Shown here: positions 11,250 to 24,011 of the stretch, in pieces | Layout of the letters: the number at the start of each line of letters is the position of its first letter | Numbering within the stretch: the first letter of the stretch is position 1 | Origin: Folioceros fuciformis | Lineage: Eukaryota | Assembly: GCA_049999805.1 (NCBI GenBank) | Contig: JBNGIO010006298.1 | Span: 215,307 to 249,308, forward strand | Direction: 5' to 3' | DNA length: 34,002 nt | Notes under the pieces: model-generated | Told to the model about the DNA's origin: nothing | Databases searched by the model: none | What the model saw: the letters and a program-made list of their open reading frames with translations, nothing else | Position numbers and translations under genes: made by a program

Positions 11250-14073
11250 TCAGTTTTGGCCCACTCTCGATCCCGATCGGGACTCCGGGGCTTGGGACTC
11301 CCGTTCCCGAGGTCGGGGTAGCCGGCGTTCTGCAGGAGGAACTTCTCTGATTCCCTTGTACTGGTAGGACCTGACAGCGATGAGGAAGAAGGAGGTGATA
11401 CCAATGCAGATGATAGCAAAGCAGGCCGTACTAGTTCTCCAGGTTGCCTTGGTTGATGGTGGGAGCCAGCCAGCCCTGGTGGGATCCGTGTCTGATGGAT
11501 CGACAAACGAGGGTGATGAGGAAGTAGAGCACTCCGTTGGCTGCACAGACGAAGGCTTCCCCCGTGGACTCCATCTTGTCTGGCATCTCGTCGTAGACGA
11601 ACTCCATCTGTCCCACCAGGAAGAAGGATTCGGTTATGCCTAGAATAGGATATGCCTAGAATGCTCACTTGGGGAATCAGCCAGAAAGCACTCATGGACA
11701 GGTGCATCATTGGGCTGTCCAGTTGCCCTTTTTCCGCTGCCATGGCCTTCCTATTCACCTCCACCACAATGGCTGCCACCATGGTGAATACTGATATCAC
11801 CATGCCCACTCCCATTTTCTGCAACGTGGTGATGCCCCTTGGATATCCAAGCCAGCATGAAATGGAATCGTGCTTAGTGTTTGTGCTAACCCTGCACATT
11901 TTGACATAGCACAGTTACCGTGGTTCACAATCGCAGGGCATCAGTAGAACTTGCAAACTGTCACACACACCAACAGAACTTGAGGATTGTTCATGAGATC
12001 CATCATGTGTGAAGATGCATTTAGTTGATCGGCATGCCCTCATTGCGTGCAATGTAGGTTGACATTTCATGCACCCATGAAGTGATGTTGTGAACCTGAA
12101 GCTGGTTAACCGTGTGGGGAAGCTCTCGTCTTCTCATTTCTGAGGTCAGATAGTTATCCGGGATGTAATAGAGGCGGTTGTGGTGGGCAGGGAACGGCTC
12201 AGAACGTTTCCTCATAGCAGCAAAAACCACGTGTGTGATTCGAGTGACCCCCGGGCCGCTTCCGGCAGGGTTCTTGTACCTGTGAATCGGCGTGCCCGAA
12301 AAGGAGAATACCACAGTCCAGAGATAGAGCGCCAGGAATCCCGAATCCAACAGTTGTGCTCACGTCGTCCAGTCCAAGAAATTCAGGAAGCATCCAATGC
12401 TGAATTTACTTGCTAACTGGTGGCATCCATGGGTGATATAAATTCATACAGAAATGATGATACCTGAACGTGTCTCACGGTCAGCGTCAGCACGATCAAA
12501 GATCCCAGCTGCAGAGACAGGAAGAGGAGATTGAAGAAGAGATGCCTCTCCCTCGACTCTTCCAGGTCACAATCGTCGAATTGGTGTCCTCCAAATGAGG
12601 ATGCGCTCAGCTTGATCTCTCCCGAGCCTACGTAGATTATGTAAAGATAAGCCCAGGATAGAACACAGCCATGAATTTGCCCTATGGTGGCCGGCAGGGA
12701 TGGGATGGTACACAAGGTACGTGGGGGCTTCCGGCTCTCGAGTGATGTCGACAAGGATAACACCAACATCCCTTGTCATCCACACATACAAACTTGTGTC
12801 AATCCTGGGCACGCTGGTTCCTCTATAGTGAGTGTGTATACGTGCTTGCAAAATTGAATTGCCTTCACAAGCTCTTCACCCAGATAAGGACCAGAGAGGA
12901 GAGTCCCAGTGTTGGATACCGCCCAAGGTACGAGTCAGCCAGGAATCCCCAAACCAAGGGCAACATGTACAAGGCTCCCATGAAGTTGGCGTCAGTTGTG
13001 GACGCCTTTTGGGTGCTCTGATGCAGGCGGGACAGCAGAACGTAGGGCACCAGATTCGATGCAACAGAGAAGGAGGCACCAACGTTTTCAAAATGCCGAC
13101 CTGGACACCAAGAATTACCCCACTGTATCACCACAGCAATGCTCACAAACTGCAATCTCCAGTCATCTCAGAACTAGGTTGCGGACTGTAGGTCGATTCT
13201 GCAGAACCCAACAAAGTTGCCGAAACAAACGGAGACGACTTCCATGAACCCGACTGGCTCTTCTCGGCAGGCAGCCCGTCCAGTCCATGGACTGATCGTC
13301 TGTGGACCGCAGCGACAACGGATCCTGCCATCACAAATTTTAAAGCCTGTCTTTCAGCTCCAGATCGACTTCATCCCCGCCACGAACAGAAGTACACGTC
13401 CTTCGTCACCCAAATCCTTCCAATGTGTTTGCGAGCGTTACGGGATCTGGGCTATCGATACCTCTGGTGTCATGGTGCTGGACACGTGGATCTTGGTCCA
13501 CTTGAAATCGGCCGCCGGGAGTACTGTCGGCCTGCCGCTCTCTGAAGCCAGGCAATGCGTGCCAGTCACACACGAACCTGCTGACAATTCCTTCGCTCAG
13601 ACAAAAACAAACACCACCGTCAGACAAATCCAAACCTTCCTACCTCAATCCAGGGAACCTGCACCTCTTCTCGTCAGCCAACAATGTCTAACCGCAAAAC
13701 TCACAGCCCAATTCCTTCAATCTGCCGTCGGTTGTAAGCCGCCGCTTAATACAACCCACGACGCCTTCTGCACGTTGCAGCTCTGTCTCTTCAACACAAG
13801 GTGCTTGCACGGCATGCAATCACTCGCTTTCTGCGGCATGAACAAACGCTCCCTTCCTTCAAGGTTCTTAATGTTTGCAAGCTCGAAGGTCCGGGGCCCA
13901 TCCACCCCACACCATTAAGCTTCCTGCTTCAGTTTGACAAGGTAACAACACCTCATCCAGGGGCCGTGACTGTCCATTTCAGTCCAGTCCATTCCATTCT
14001 TAACAACCGGGCACAATGACTCACCTTCTCCTCCCCTCACGAGCTTGATCTTAACCCTTTCTTCCGACACCAT
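11250..14073 (-). pseudogene. NRT1/PTR family (NPF) transporter pseudogene
   Basis: Motifs GFLADSYLGRY, SSFGGHQFD, GITTLQKMGVG, FWLIPQ and GQMEFVYDEMPDKM. Lesions: frameshift near 12330, 16-nt insertion at 11635-11662, TAG at 11433-11431, further frameshift near 11420, damaged donor near 13220, and loss of the central block between ~12100 and ~11850. The first exon 14073-14025 spliced to 13324 is tentative. Confidence 0.85.
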
Positions 14074-14215
14074 AGCTCGAAGCACCTTCAACTGCCTGGA
14101 TGGAAATCCCGGCAACACAGCAACTCCAGCAAGCTCCTTCGTCTTGGAAGCAAAATCTACAAAATTACTCAGGGCAGGCCCAGCAGAGGTCCCAGAAGAA
14201 GGGGAGGACGACGCC

Positions 14216-14222
14216 TTTTATA
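14216..14222 (-). promoter_or_regulatory. Putative TATA box of the NPF locus
   Basis: TATAAAA on the minus strand, ~145 nt upstream of the putative ATG at 14073. Confidence 0.35.
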
Positions 14223-15097
14223 GCTTCGAGGGCAATCGGACCCTTTCGTTTACCATGTCGCCATCTACTTGCTGGCCTTGGTCCCCGATGCAGCCAGAAT
14301 CCCACATTTACGTGCCATTGCAAACGACGGCTATACCATGTCCACATTAATATAAATTCCGGTATATCATATCATTCTATTATAAAAATCGAACACGTTA
14401 TATCAAATGCTGCTAAATTGTATTGATCGGTCCAGATTATGTAAGATGACTTGAAGGAAAGAAACCCTTAGCCTCTCCTTCCTCAAGGCTATTTGTTCAT
14501 ACACGTACGTAAGATTATGAACAATTAAAATATGATGAATTAAAAAGCTAGTTTATAAGTTAGGCTGTAGACTCATAGTTCAAGCTTTGTTTATTGCTCA
14601 AGTAGAGAGTCCTGAGTTCATTAGTAAAGAAGAACATTATCTCATATTTATTTCTCTGTTTCTCTCCAGAGTATTAGTGGGTTATTTTTATGTTATATAC
14701 ATAAATTAGTGTATACATAATATAATAATATAAAAAATTATAATACATGATATTAGTACAAGGAACATGCCTGATGAGATTAGGTGAAGACGAAATTTTG
14801 AGTAGGCCAGACATCTAGATGCATGCATGCATTGGTTGTTCTGGTTGTTCCATTTTGTAGGTGTTGTAAGGAAGGGGGAATGGCAAAGAGGCGGTGGTCG
14901 ATGTTGCTGCATTTTGCTTGTCCAAACATGCATAGACAAGCACACGCACCAGACCACAGCACACCACAGCACACCACACCTGCAATGTGATGTTGTAGAG
15001 AAGATGAATGAATGGGCAGTAGTGGCAGGCCAGGCAAGCAGAGCGTGCAGGTTGGTAGCTATGATAGTGATAGTGTAGCCTGGTGGTACCTACCTAG

Positions 15098-15583
15098 CTA
15101 GGGTGCATGGAAATGAGCATTCTCGGAGTTGGAGGCGAGGGCCACTCTGCTCAAGCGGCTGGTGCGAGGGGTCGACCGAGGCGCCTGCGTGCCCGGGGTA
15201 GGGGCAGGGACGCACATCCGAGTAGCCCTTGCCATGGTAGGCAACACCTGCACATGTGGTTGTCGGAAATCTGGTCGGCCCCTAGGCATGGCGGGTTTCT
15301 GGACCGCCACATGGCCTTTCTTGCAGCTTGGATTTGAGCTTGAGCTTACATGACTCGTCCTGTGCAGGCGGCAGCGAAATGACCCCGGGTGGTTTGTAGG
15401 CGCGCACAGACATGTCCCACTGCTCACTTTTGGAGCGGCAGGCCTGGCGCTTCTCAGACTCCTTCTCGCCGGGCGATGCGATCCTTCAACTGTCCTCGGA
15501 GCAGTACTCGCGGCTTGGCTTCCGCCGGACGAAGGCGCGGGCCGCGCCTTCAGCACTGCCTTCAGAAGCGCGGATGCATGCAT
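15098..15583 (-). CDS. Plant serine-rich protein-related family, single exon, 161 aa
   Basis: Family motif CLCAPTNHPGSFRCRLHR plus C-terminal SRLS. Confidence 0.85.
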   Translation of the reverse strand: MHASALLKAVLKARPAPSSGGSQAASTAPRTVEGSHRPARRSLRSARPAAPKVSSGTCLCAPTNHPGSFRCRLHRTSHVSSSSNPSCKKGHVAVQKPAMPRGRPDFRQPHVQVLPTMARATRMCVPAPTPGTQAPRSTPRTSRLSRVALASNSENAHFHAP

Positions 15584-16023
15584 TTTGCACTGCCGCTGCC
15601 GATGCCGATGCCGATGCCTTCACTTCTTCCACTAACTCCTAATCGCAACGTCCGGCCGAGAGCATTAGCGCATGTGGGGGAGAGCACCCAGGGTTTTGGA
15701 AGAACGGCCGGCCTGCGCACCTCGTTGTAAGCCAAGGCCAATGGCAGGAGGGGGAGGAGAGCGCAACGCCAGTGGGAACAGGCAGTGTCATACCAGATTT
15801 CTCACACACCCAGTCCGTTATTCAGAAGCACCGTCCTCTTCGCAACCCTAAATTGCACTCCGTATCACAACGTGTAACCGCATTCCAGTAACACGAATGC
15901 CAGTTCTTGTAGAGTCTGCAAGGACTTCAAATTCTACAGTGTACGTAGAAAGCTTTGCAACAGCGGGGAAGCCGGTCCGCTCGAGCCTCCTCTTCCCAGA
16001 AGCCCAAGTTCAAGTCGCATGTC

Positions 16024-19000
16024 TTAATGTTCGTGTGCTTTCGTATATGCCCAAACTTTAAAGCCGACGCTGAGGGACAAGGCAGTAGCTGCCCACACCC
16101 AAACGCTGTACACCCACCAGTTGCTTGCAAACGGAGAAGCATGCAGGTTCTTGTCAGGCCACCCCGGTTTCACACTTCTGCAACACATGCGTGTTAGAAT
16201 AGAACATGGAATAGACTGTCGTGGGCAGGTTTCAAAGTTGCTTACTTCCGGGAGAAGTAGACGAGGCACGGAGGAATAATGAACATGATAGCACAACCCG
16301 CAAAACCTCCAGTCAGTCCGACAAGGTCGTCCACGCATACGTTGAACCTCTGCATGGTTGGAGCTTGCGTAAGAGAACTGTTAACTGCTGAACTGGACAC
16401 CTCCTAGACGCCGAGAGCACATTTACCTCTCCAATCAGGGCGCATGCACTTGCCGGCAAGACAGCCAAGAGTGTCAGCCCCAAATTCCAACTGGCTTCAG
16501 CTGCACCCGGTTTGGGAGCTCATGAGGTGCTGAGTATAATGGTTTGCCTGACGGCAACACTGAGCTTGCACAACTATAACAAAGCAACGTTCCAGCACAC
16601 GTCGGAGGCGTAGTGTGAGCACCTGTTTTGATTGTAAGCAGCACAAATAGACTGTCCAGATTATTGCGCAGCGAAATAGAAATGATTGGAAAAGATGAAG
16701 CCAGCGTGAGGGCTGCACAACGATAAGAGTTGCACACATCAATGACCATGAGGTCCACACAGGCGCACTAAAGTAAATTGCAGGTGTCTTGATTCAAATG
16801 CCTGGAAATAGAAGTAGCGCGTAGCCAATCCAGCCATACACTGTTGCAGGACGAGGACATCAGAATCGTAGGCAGACACACGATTAGAGTGCACAGCTTA
16901 GTTCATGTGTTCAACCAGGAAAGTAGGCAACCTAGTGACTAAACTGTTTGTCTCCTTTAATCATGCTTACAGACGAAACGTACTGAGCACTGTTTACCAT
17001 CTGGGCTGAAGTTGAATGTGACGGGATCTTGCACATCAGTGCCTGAGAAAGGTGCAGAGCATTTCACCATGTCAAGCACGACCAGCATTCTATCATGGTT
17101 CCGTGTGACACCTTAAGCTCAGGTGACTGATCAAGGATCATGAATCCCTCTCAAGAACCGAATGTCATTGCACAAGATGTCTGTACTGTACCAAAAGCGA
17201 GTCCACATGCGATGAATAGTAACAGGTACAGGGACATCACAAGTAGAAATGCATAGCCCGAAATTCTCCACACGGTGCTTTTGTTGCGTATGGGTGTAAT
17301 TATGCCTGGAATACTGCGGCAAATGACAAGCATTCAATGTCATGAGGCCAGTCAAGCCCACTGACTTCGATCATCATGGGTAGAAAGTCACTTGAAAAAC
17401 TTTTTCAGATAGCCCTGGTACCTGTGGTGACACATGAAAGAATAAACTGCACCTCCAAAAAGATTTGGCAGTGCACTGTTTGTGTATCGCAACGCTTATA
17501 CGTCAGTTGGGTCCTGTTATTGTCCAAAATGTAATACACCAGATTGCCAGAACGAATCTTACGCAATTTGGAGTAGGGGTACAACATTCTGAGGGCCGGA
17601 GTGATTAGCACGCTTCACGAAAGCCAAGATAATCATCCTGCACAGGCTTTCCCAATCCTGCATAAGGCGGCTCCAGCCCACTGGTCTGAAACTTTTGCTA
17701 CAGACAGAAAACAAACTTATCCAGTCTGGCGACTTACGTGCCCAGAGCTAAAGCGCGAATAATCTGCAATCAAGGAATGAAGACAATCAGGGGCCTACAT
17801 TGGCAGAACAAATTCCTTCTAACTCAACCAAACCTTGTCACAAATGTTTTTAGGTCTCAAGTGTAGTACCATGGTAAAAATCTGGACGTGTTTCGTGTCT
17901 TCCATCCCGCGGAGGCTGCAGAACAAACCCAAGTAAAGTAACTTCATGATCTTCCTGAAAAATGGCAGTTTACGCTTGCTGGTCTTTCTGAAACTAGTGC
18001 CCCTATGGAGTCTTGGAGGCATGGTGGGAACAACGGAACCTATTTCCCTCGTAATGTAGTAATTATCTCCAAGCTATGTCACTAACAACAGCCACACACA
18101 TTGACGAGAGTTCACCAAGCAAACTGCAGCAGAGAGATTCGCACCACAGAAACAGCTCCAGTGAAATGAACACAACTAGAACCGCATCAAACCGGAGTTG
18201 TGGAATGAGCGTTATCAAGGACCTTGCCACCAATGTGCTATATATCACTGAGTCACCGAACAAGTACAGCTGCAAAACATGAATTTGTCCCTAACGTTTA
18301 ACTCCAGACAAGAAGTCAGGGTTTGCAAATGCAAGGTGCCGTGTGACGAAGTTACTATGAAGGCAACATAGAAGCAAACGTTGCCATATCCATTATAGAA
18401 AAGCCCCTGCAGAAAACATGGGGACCCTTACATCCATAAGATGCTAGCACCAGCAAACGAACACACAGTAGTCATTTGGCAGCTAGGAGCGGGAAGAACA
18501 TACTGCCATCTCCCCAAGCTCGGTTTGCTTGACAATTTCGAATATCTTGTCATCCAGTCGCTGCAAAATGTGACAATCAGATTGTAGAGCCTCAAAACTA
18601 TGCTGCAACTAACACCCGAGATATGACATGCGTATGCACTGATGTTCGTTCTCTTTCTTTTTCTAAAGGATATACAGTGCATACATTGTCAGCTGTTGTG
18701 CATAGTATTGCGTTGGCTGTGGCCATTGACTCTACCACAAACGTTAAGCAGACGTAACTGCAGAAATCCAGCCGACCATTGCAGGCTAATGGTTATGAAA
18801 CGGAAAAGCTCAGAAAATGAGACGCCAAAAAGAGCAAATCCGATAGAACAGAGGAAAAGGGTACAACAGTCTCACCTGAAGAAAGAAACAAGAACGAGAA
18901 ACAATACTCCGAGAATCTGCAACCACCTTCACAACTTTCAGGGGAAAAACACGTTGTCCACAACACATGCTTAATTGTCCATGTAAGCGGATAGAGATGC

Positions 19001-19455
19001 GTACCCATCCTCCCTTCACCAGAACTGAAGGCAGTGCGAGCACGCCTGTACCCACCACCAGATTAAAGATAAAACTGCAGACAAACGTTGCGACTCTCCA
19101 TCAGTAATTGGCCTTGAATTTTCAACCCATGCACGCTACCAGGACTCTTCGACCTCAGTGCAAAGAGATAGGGTGCAAGACCTCAGTGCAAACCTACTCA
19201 ACGTACTTCCGACCAATGACGACTTCGCAATTCAGCTCTTAGCATGTTGAGACGGAACATGACTAACATGAATCCAGTGCAACTCGAGAACCGGGCTGGC
19301 GGTTTTGCAGGCTCTGCCGCACTCGGATGGTTCTCCTGGACATCGGCACCACGCTCTGAGTTCACTCCAACTAAAGACTCCGTTTCCGCTGCATAGTTGA
19401 CAAGATTGAGAACTGAAGCAGTGAGTAGAGAGCCGACTGGACTCAAGCTCTCCAT
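16024..19455 (-). CDS. TMEM104: TMEM104-like amino-acid transporter family protein, 18 small exons
   Basis: The spliced product has FIFNLVVGTGVLALP (19074-19005), FVVESMATANA, FEIVKQTELGEMA, LYLFGDSVIY, TKHVQI, LFGGAVYSFMCHHSIP (17475-17422), FPIISISLRNNL, LVGLTGGFAG and NLHASPF..WWV, collinear with animal TMEM104 as remembered. Stop at 16026-16024. Start uncertain: 19455, or an extra exon 19787-19632. Confidence 0.88.
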
Positions 19456-21189
19456 GCCATGAGCATACGTCACCGAGGCGAGGCATATCCTCAAATTGCT
19501 GGAGAACGTGAGTGGTATCCTTACAAAATCTCTCGGATGGCCCAAGCAACGTTGTCGGCGAAGCCATCGGCAGCTAGGACTAAATGACAACAGGAATGAG
19601 CTGAGCAGTGGGGAACAGCTGCTGTCTACACCTGCGGCCCCTTGGAAGAAGCTAAAAAGCGAGCTATGAAAGGCACCGGCATTTGATCGCCATTGCTACT
19701 CAGCGAAATGGAGACACTGGTGAACACAGCCTGCGAGGCAAATTCAAAGGAGCGTGCTCCGGAATCTCCTTCCGCAAATTCACGCATAGCCAACCCTCTC
19801 AAACAGCGCACAAGCTTGAGCGCACACAGACACGCAGACATTCAATGGTGCACAAATACACACCCCCGGACAGACATCGAAGGCGGGAAACGACAAGTGG
19901 CTTCAGCGCCTAACGGCCAAGAACCATGAACAGCTTGTCAGATCGACGAGGGAGCTTTTATCCGAATGAGTACACACCGGTTTGCTCTCCACTAACGGCC
20001 TCACAAACCTGCGACCCAGCAAACCGACAAAGGACCAACAGCCGGCGTGAATCATCAGCCGGCCCCATCTCCTTCGCGTAACGCTCGAACTGTCGTCGTT
20101 CATACAAGGCGATGGACAGTCAATAGGTACACTTCTTACTTCACAACAAACACATCTGTACCCAAAAAGACTAGATTGCAATGCAATGCCGCACCAACTC
20201 CACCCTTTTTGGTTGTGGCCCTTCACATCCTAAAAAACGTTCATCTTCTACCTCCTCTCCTACCTCTCCGCAACCATTTGCTAGTGTGTTGTTAGCCATC
20301 ATAAGCTCAGCCCATTGCTGTGGCACTCCTAATCTATGCATGAGCTTCAAGCTAGTAGTTGAGTGGAAACCTTTCAGAATCATAACAAGAGCTTGAAGTC
20401 TGATCATTTAAGCATTGGTCTTGAGGTTCCAAACATTGTTCTTAAGCTTAAAATCAGCATTCCGCTAATCCTTTCTCAAGGAAGGGCTCACCTAAAAGCA
20501 AGTGCTTAGCTTGTGTACCAAGTCCTTATTAACCTACCCAATACATTGCAAGAAAGGAGAGGAATCTTTGATACAAGTAGCCCAATCACACAATGGTGGA
20601 ACTCTGTCATCTACTTTTAGCTCAGTATAGAACAACCCCTATGGAATACACATGATACTTAAAAATAGCTTAGTCCCACCATGGTGAAGGTTTTATGGGT
20701 GCCAAATCCCAAGATAGCGATGCTTCCCTCAACACAAAACAAATTGAATGAAAGCATCTCACAAAAGAGAAACACAACCAAAAGAAGCTTCTACTCTATG
20801 GGTCTATACCTTCTTGTCTCATTGGAGCGTGGATTTCTAAACATAGGAACAAACTGAGAGAACATTAAGCTTTGATTGAAGTACTTCTAGAAGTAAAAAA
20901 TGATTTTATTGTTACACACATGGATGAATATCTCTCATGCCTTGAAAAGGGTATCTTGTAAAGTAATATTAATTCTTCATGTCTGCTCCAGATATTTTAG
21001 ATTTTTTTGTAAAAACTATTTATAAATTATACTACAACATTTAGTCCTCCATCCCTCTTATATTTAATAGGCCATGTAAGAAGAACATTAATTGCAACTG
21101 TTTCTTTTTTGACATATCCTTATAGTAGATCTTATCAAATGGTTTGTGTGCACACCTTATTTATGAAGAGTCAAATTTCATCACTTAAA

Positions 21190-21657
21190 ATGGTATTATG
21201 GAAACCAATTATATACAAGCATTATATAATTATCTTATTTTTCCTTACCTTCGTAAGTGCATTCGATGACCCTGTCGTAAATGGCCCGGATTTGCCTCCT
21301 CAAATAACAATAAGGAACGTGTCATGTGAAGGAGAAGTTTTGGACAGATCGATGCCTTCTTGGGTGCGAGTTTTGGGTAATGTTTTGGTTGTGGCTGCAA
21401 AGGACAACTTTTTCGAACTTCCTTACAGTAATGCAATACCAATAGAAGGGAGAGGTGTGCAATTAGTGGGAACCATTAATTGTTACAAAAGCGATGATAG
21501 AGCAGATATGAAACCAACGATGAAGACTCCTTTTCAATGTTTCACTTGTATCAAATACATCACTCAAACTCTGATGATGGGATCTTGTTGGAAGGCCTTG
21601 TACGAGCTTGAGGATTGTCATCTTGATTACGTTCTAGAAGAATTGATTAACACATGA
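21190..21657 (+). CDS. Secreted cysteine-rich protein with a single Gnk2/DUF26-like domain, 155 aa
   Basis: Signal-peptide-like MVLWKPIIYKHYIIILFFLTFVSA. Six Cys in DUF26 order: VSC...GTINC-x18-CFTC...GSC...DCHLDY. Intronless. Confidence 0.7.
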   Translation: MVLWKPIIYKHYIIILFFLTFVSAFDDPVVNGPDLPPQITIRNVSCEGEVLDRSMPSWVRVLGNVLVVAAKDNFFELPYSNAIPIEGRGVQLVGTINCYKSDDRADMKPTMKTPFQCFTCIKYITQTLMMGSCWKALYELEDCHLDYVLEELINT

Positions 21658-22230
21658 GTAACATAGCTCGACCAGTAGATTGAAATAAATAATTATATTT
21701 GTTGATAGAAGGTTTGCTTGTGGGATTGAAGGACGAACACAATGTGATGTGAATCCGGGACCCAAGGGTGGATGCGTGTTTTGATGCTGTAAATCCAGTA
21801 TGGATTAATAAAAGTTCGAGAAGCTATGTTCATGATGTTGTAATGATAGGCTCTACGCGGGGCCGGGATTGGAGTTGTGAAAAACGAGTCCTTTCTTCGA
21901 GATATGCAAACGACGAGTTTGCGCGAGAACAAGTTATTCGGGCGTGGGAGAAGAGGCGTGTGGTTGGATGTGTCTTTACAGACGAGGGGAATGGAGGGAG
22001 GCGTTGAGAATGCGAGTGGGTGAGGGGCCATGGAGGCAGCCTTTGTGGGCCTGGTGTTGGGAGCCAGATCTGAGTGGAGGAGGACGCTGCTGGAGTGGGC
22101 CCTCGAGAAAAGGCGGCTCCAGGTCTTGGGGGGCGTCACAAACCCCGCCGTGAGAATCGTGGATTTGCAGGTTGTTGCGGAGCAGAGGAAGGAGCCCAGG
22201 AGCAAGGACGAGGAGCAGAGCAAGGACGAC

Positions 22231-24011
22231 ATGTCTCGGAACTCGGTGATGCTCAAGAAGTACAGGTTCCGGGCACCCAAGGCGAATTATGAACATGGAC
22301 ATTTCCAGTGGGGAGAGACTCTGGGATCGGGCACTTATTCCAAGGTGGCTGGAAATTTCTGCATGCGGAGGAGAGGAATGGCTGTGGGGTTGTCTCTTGG
22401 TCTGAGCTTTGGACTGCGTTTCAGGTGATGAAGGCAACGCTGAAGGAGACGGGAGCTGTGTACGCGCTGAAGATTATGAATAAGGTGCAGATATTCGAAG
22501 AGCAGAAAACTAAGTATGTGAAAATGGAGCGCATGATTCTTGATTTTCTGCAACACCCTGGTGTTGTGCGGCTGCTCTTCACGTTTCAAGATAACGAGTC
22601 GCTGTGTATCCTTCCGGAGGAGGGGTTCCGGCATGTGTGCGGGCAGTGTAGTGCAGGGTTGAGGTCTTCTTTCCCTTGGCCTGCTAGTCGAGGATATCTG
22701 TGACTTTGATGAGTTGCTTCCTGAGCATGCTTGTTCAGACATGGGGATGGAGTGCTGCGATGGGGGAGAGCTTCGTGGCCAGATGAATTTGGTACAACAC
22801 CTCTTTGCATTAGAGAATGCAGCGTGGCCGTGAGCATGTAGGGGACATTCATCTTCATCGTTCCCTCAGCTTTGTAAGTTCGGAAGGGGTCGGCACTTGC
22901 TGCACCATGGTACGGCCGCTTGCTTATTTGACGGAGATGCTGTTGTTTGGTGAGAAACTCAGAGGGGGCGCTTCTCTGCGAGTGAAGCTCGGTTTTATGC
23001 TGCTGAGCTTGTGGACGCTCTGGAGCACATTCATGGGCAAGGGATTGTGCATAGGGATATCAGGGTATGGCTGAAGAACACTTCGTGTTTCCACGTTTTT
23101 TCTCTCCTCTCTCTCTCTCCCCTGAATGCTGCTGCATTTCACCATGTTGTGCAGCCGGAGAACATACTTGTCATGGCAGACGGGCACATCAAGATCATCG
23201 ATTTTGGGAGTGCCAAGATGCTTCGACCTATGCCAGATGGCATCCTTGTACAGATTGAAGGTCTGTTTCTGTTGCAAGCTGGCAGTAAAATTCTGTATGA
23301 CTGGTTTGTCCATGGCGTACTTGACAGTCAATTGAGTTGAAGGACAGACTCACTAACAGTTGCCTTGTCCTTTTTCCCCTCTCCCCAGACACAAGGCCCA
23401 AAGGTGCGCTCATAGGGACAGCAGAGTATGTATCGCCCGAGGTTCTGAATCACTACACTGTTACCAACGGGTGCGTGTATGGATGGATGGATGTACCAAC
23501 CTTCGTTTGAGAGACGAGTGACTGTACTTACTGTTAGCTCCTGGGACTCAGCTGACTTTGTTCGCTGTTGATCTTGTTAGAGCGGATTTATGGGCCTTGG
23601 GCTGCGTCATCTTCGAGATGCTGGAAGGGAAGCCGGCGTTTCGAGCCGAGGATGACGATCACCTATACCAGAAGGTGACATCACGGCAGTTTAGGATTCC
23701 TACCCACTTTAGCCCTGAGGCCAAGGATTTGGTGGACAGTCTCCTGGTGAGTTTTCCCCTCCCGCAACAACAGCATACAATCAGAAGCAGCTCTGGAGAC
23801 ATCACCCTGAATCCCTTGGGTCTCGCAGGACTTGGTGGCGGAAAGAAGACCAGGTGCAGGACCGCGGGGCTATGCAGCCCTAAAAGACCATCCTTTTTTC
23901 TCAGGTGTCGATTGGGACAAGGTGAGAGAAGCAAAGCCACCTCCGGTCGTGACCACACCTGTATTCCGAGAGGACGAATCCCTACAAGTACACTACCCAC
24001 CACTCAAGTAA
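22231..24011 (+). CDS. PDK1: PDK1-like AGC Ser/Thr kinase without a PH domain
   Basis: Motifs [68 protein letters not shown] and VDW, collinear with plant PDK1. Exons 22231-22344, 22425-22605, 22739-22791, 22963-23064, 23155-23260, 23389-23470, 23581-23746, 23829-24011. An extra exon 24140-24206 is possible and the start could be 22030. Confidence 0.9.

Noticed and set aside
13217..13918. 233-aa plus-strand ORF
   Set aside because: It lies antisense to the 5' exon and intron of the NPF pseudogene and has no recognisable domain.
125..14073. Terpene biosynthetic gene cluster (terpene synthase plus transporter)
   Set aside because: No P450 or other tailoring enzyme is in the window and the NPF gene is a pseudogene. 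The other flank is not visible.
16427..16453. Second GC donor (CCG|gcaagt) in the TMEM104-like gene
   Set aside because: A canonical GAG|gtaaat donor 27 nt further on keeps the frame and the expected length.
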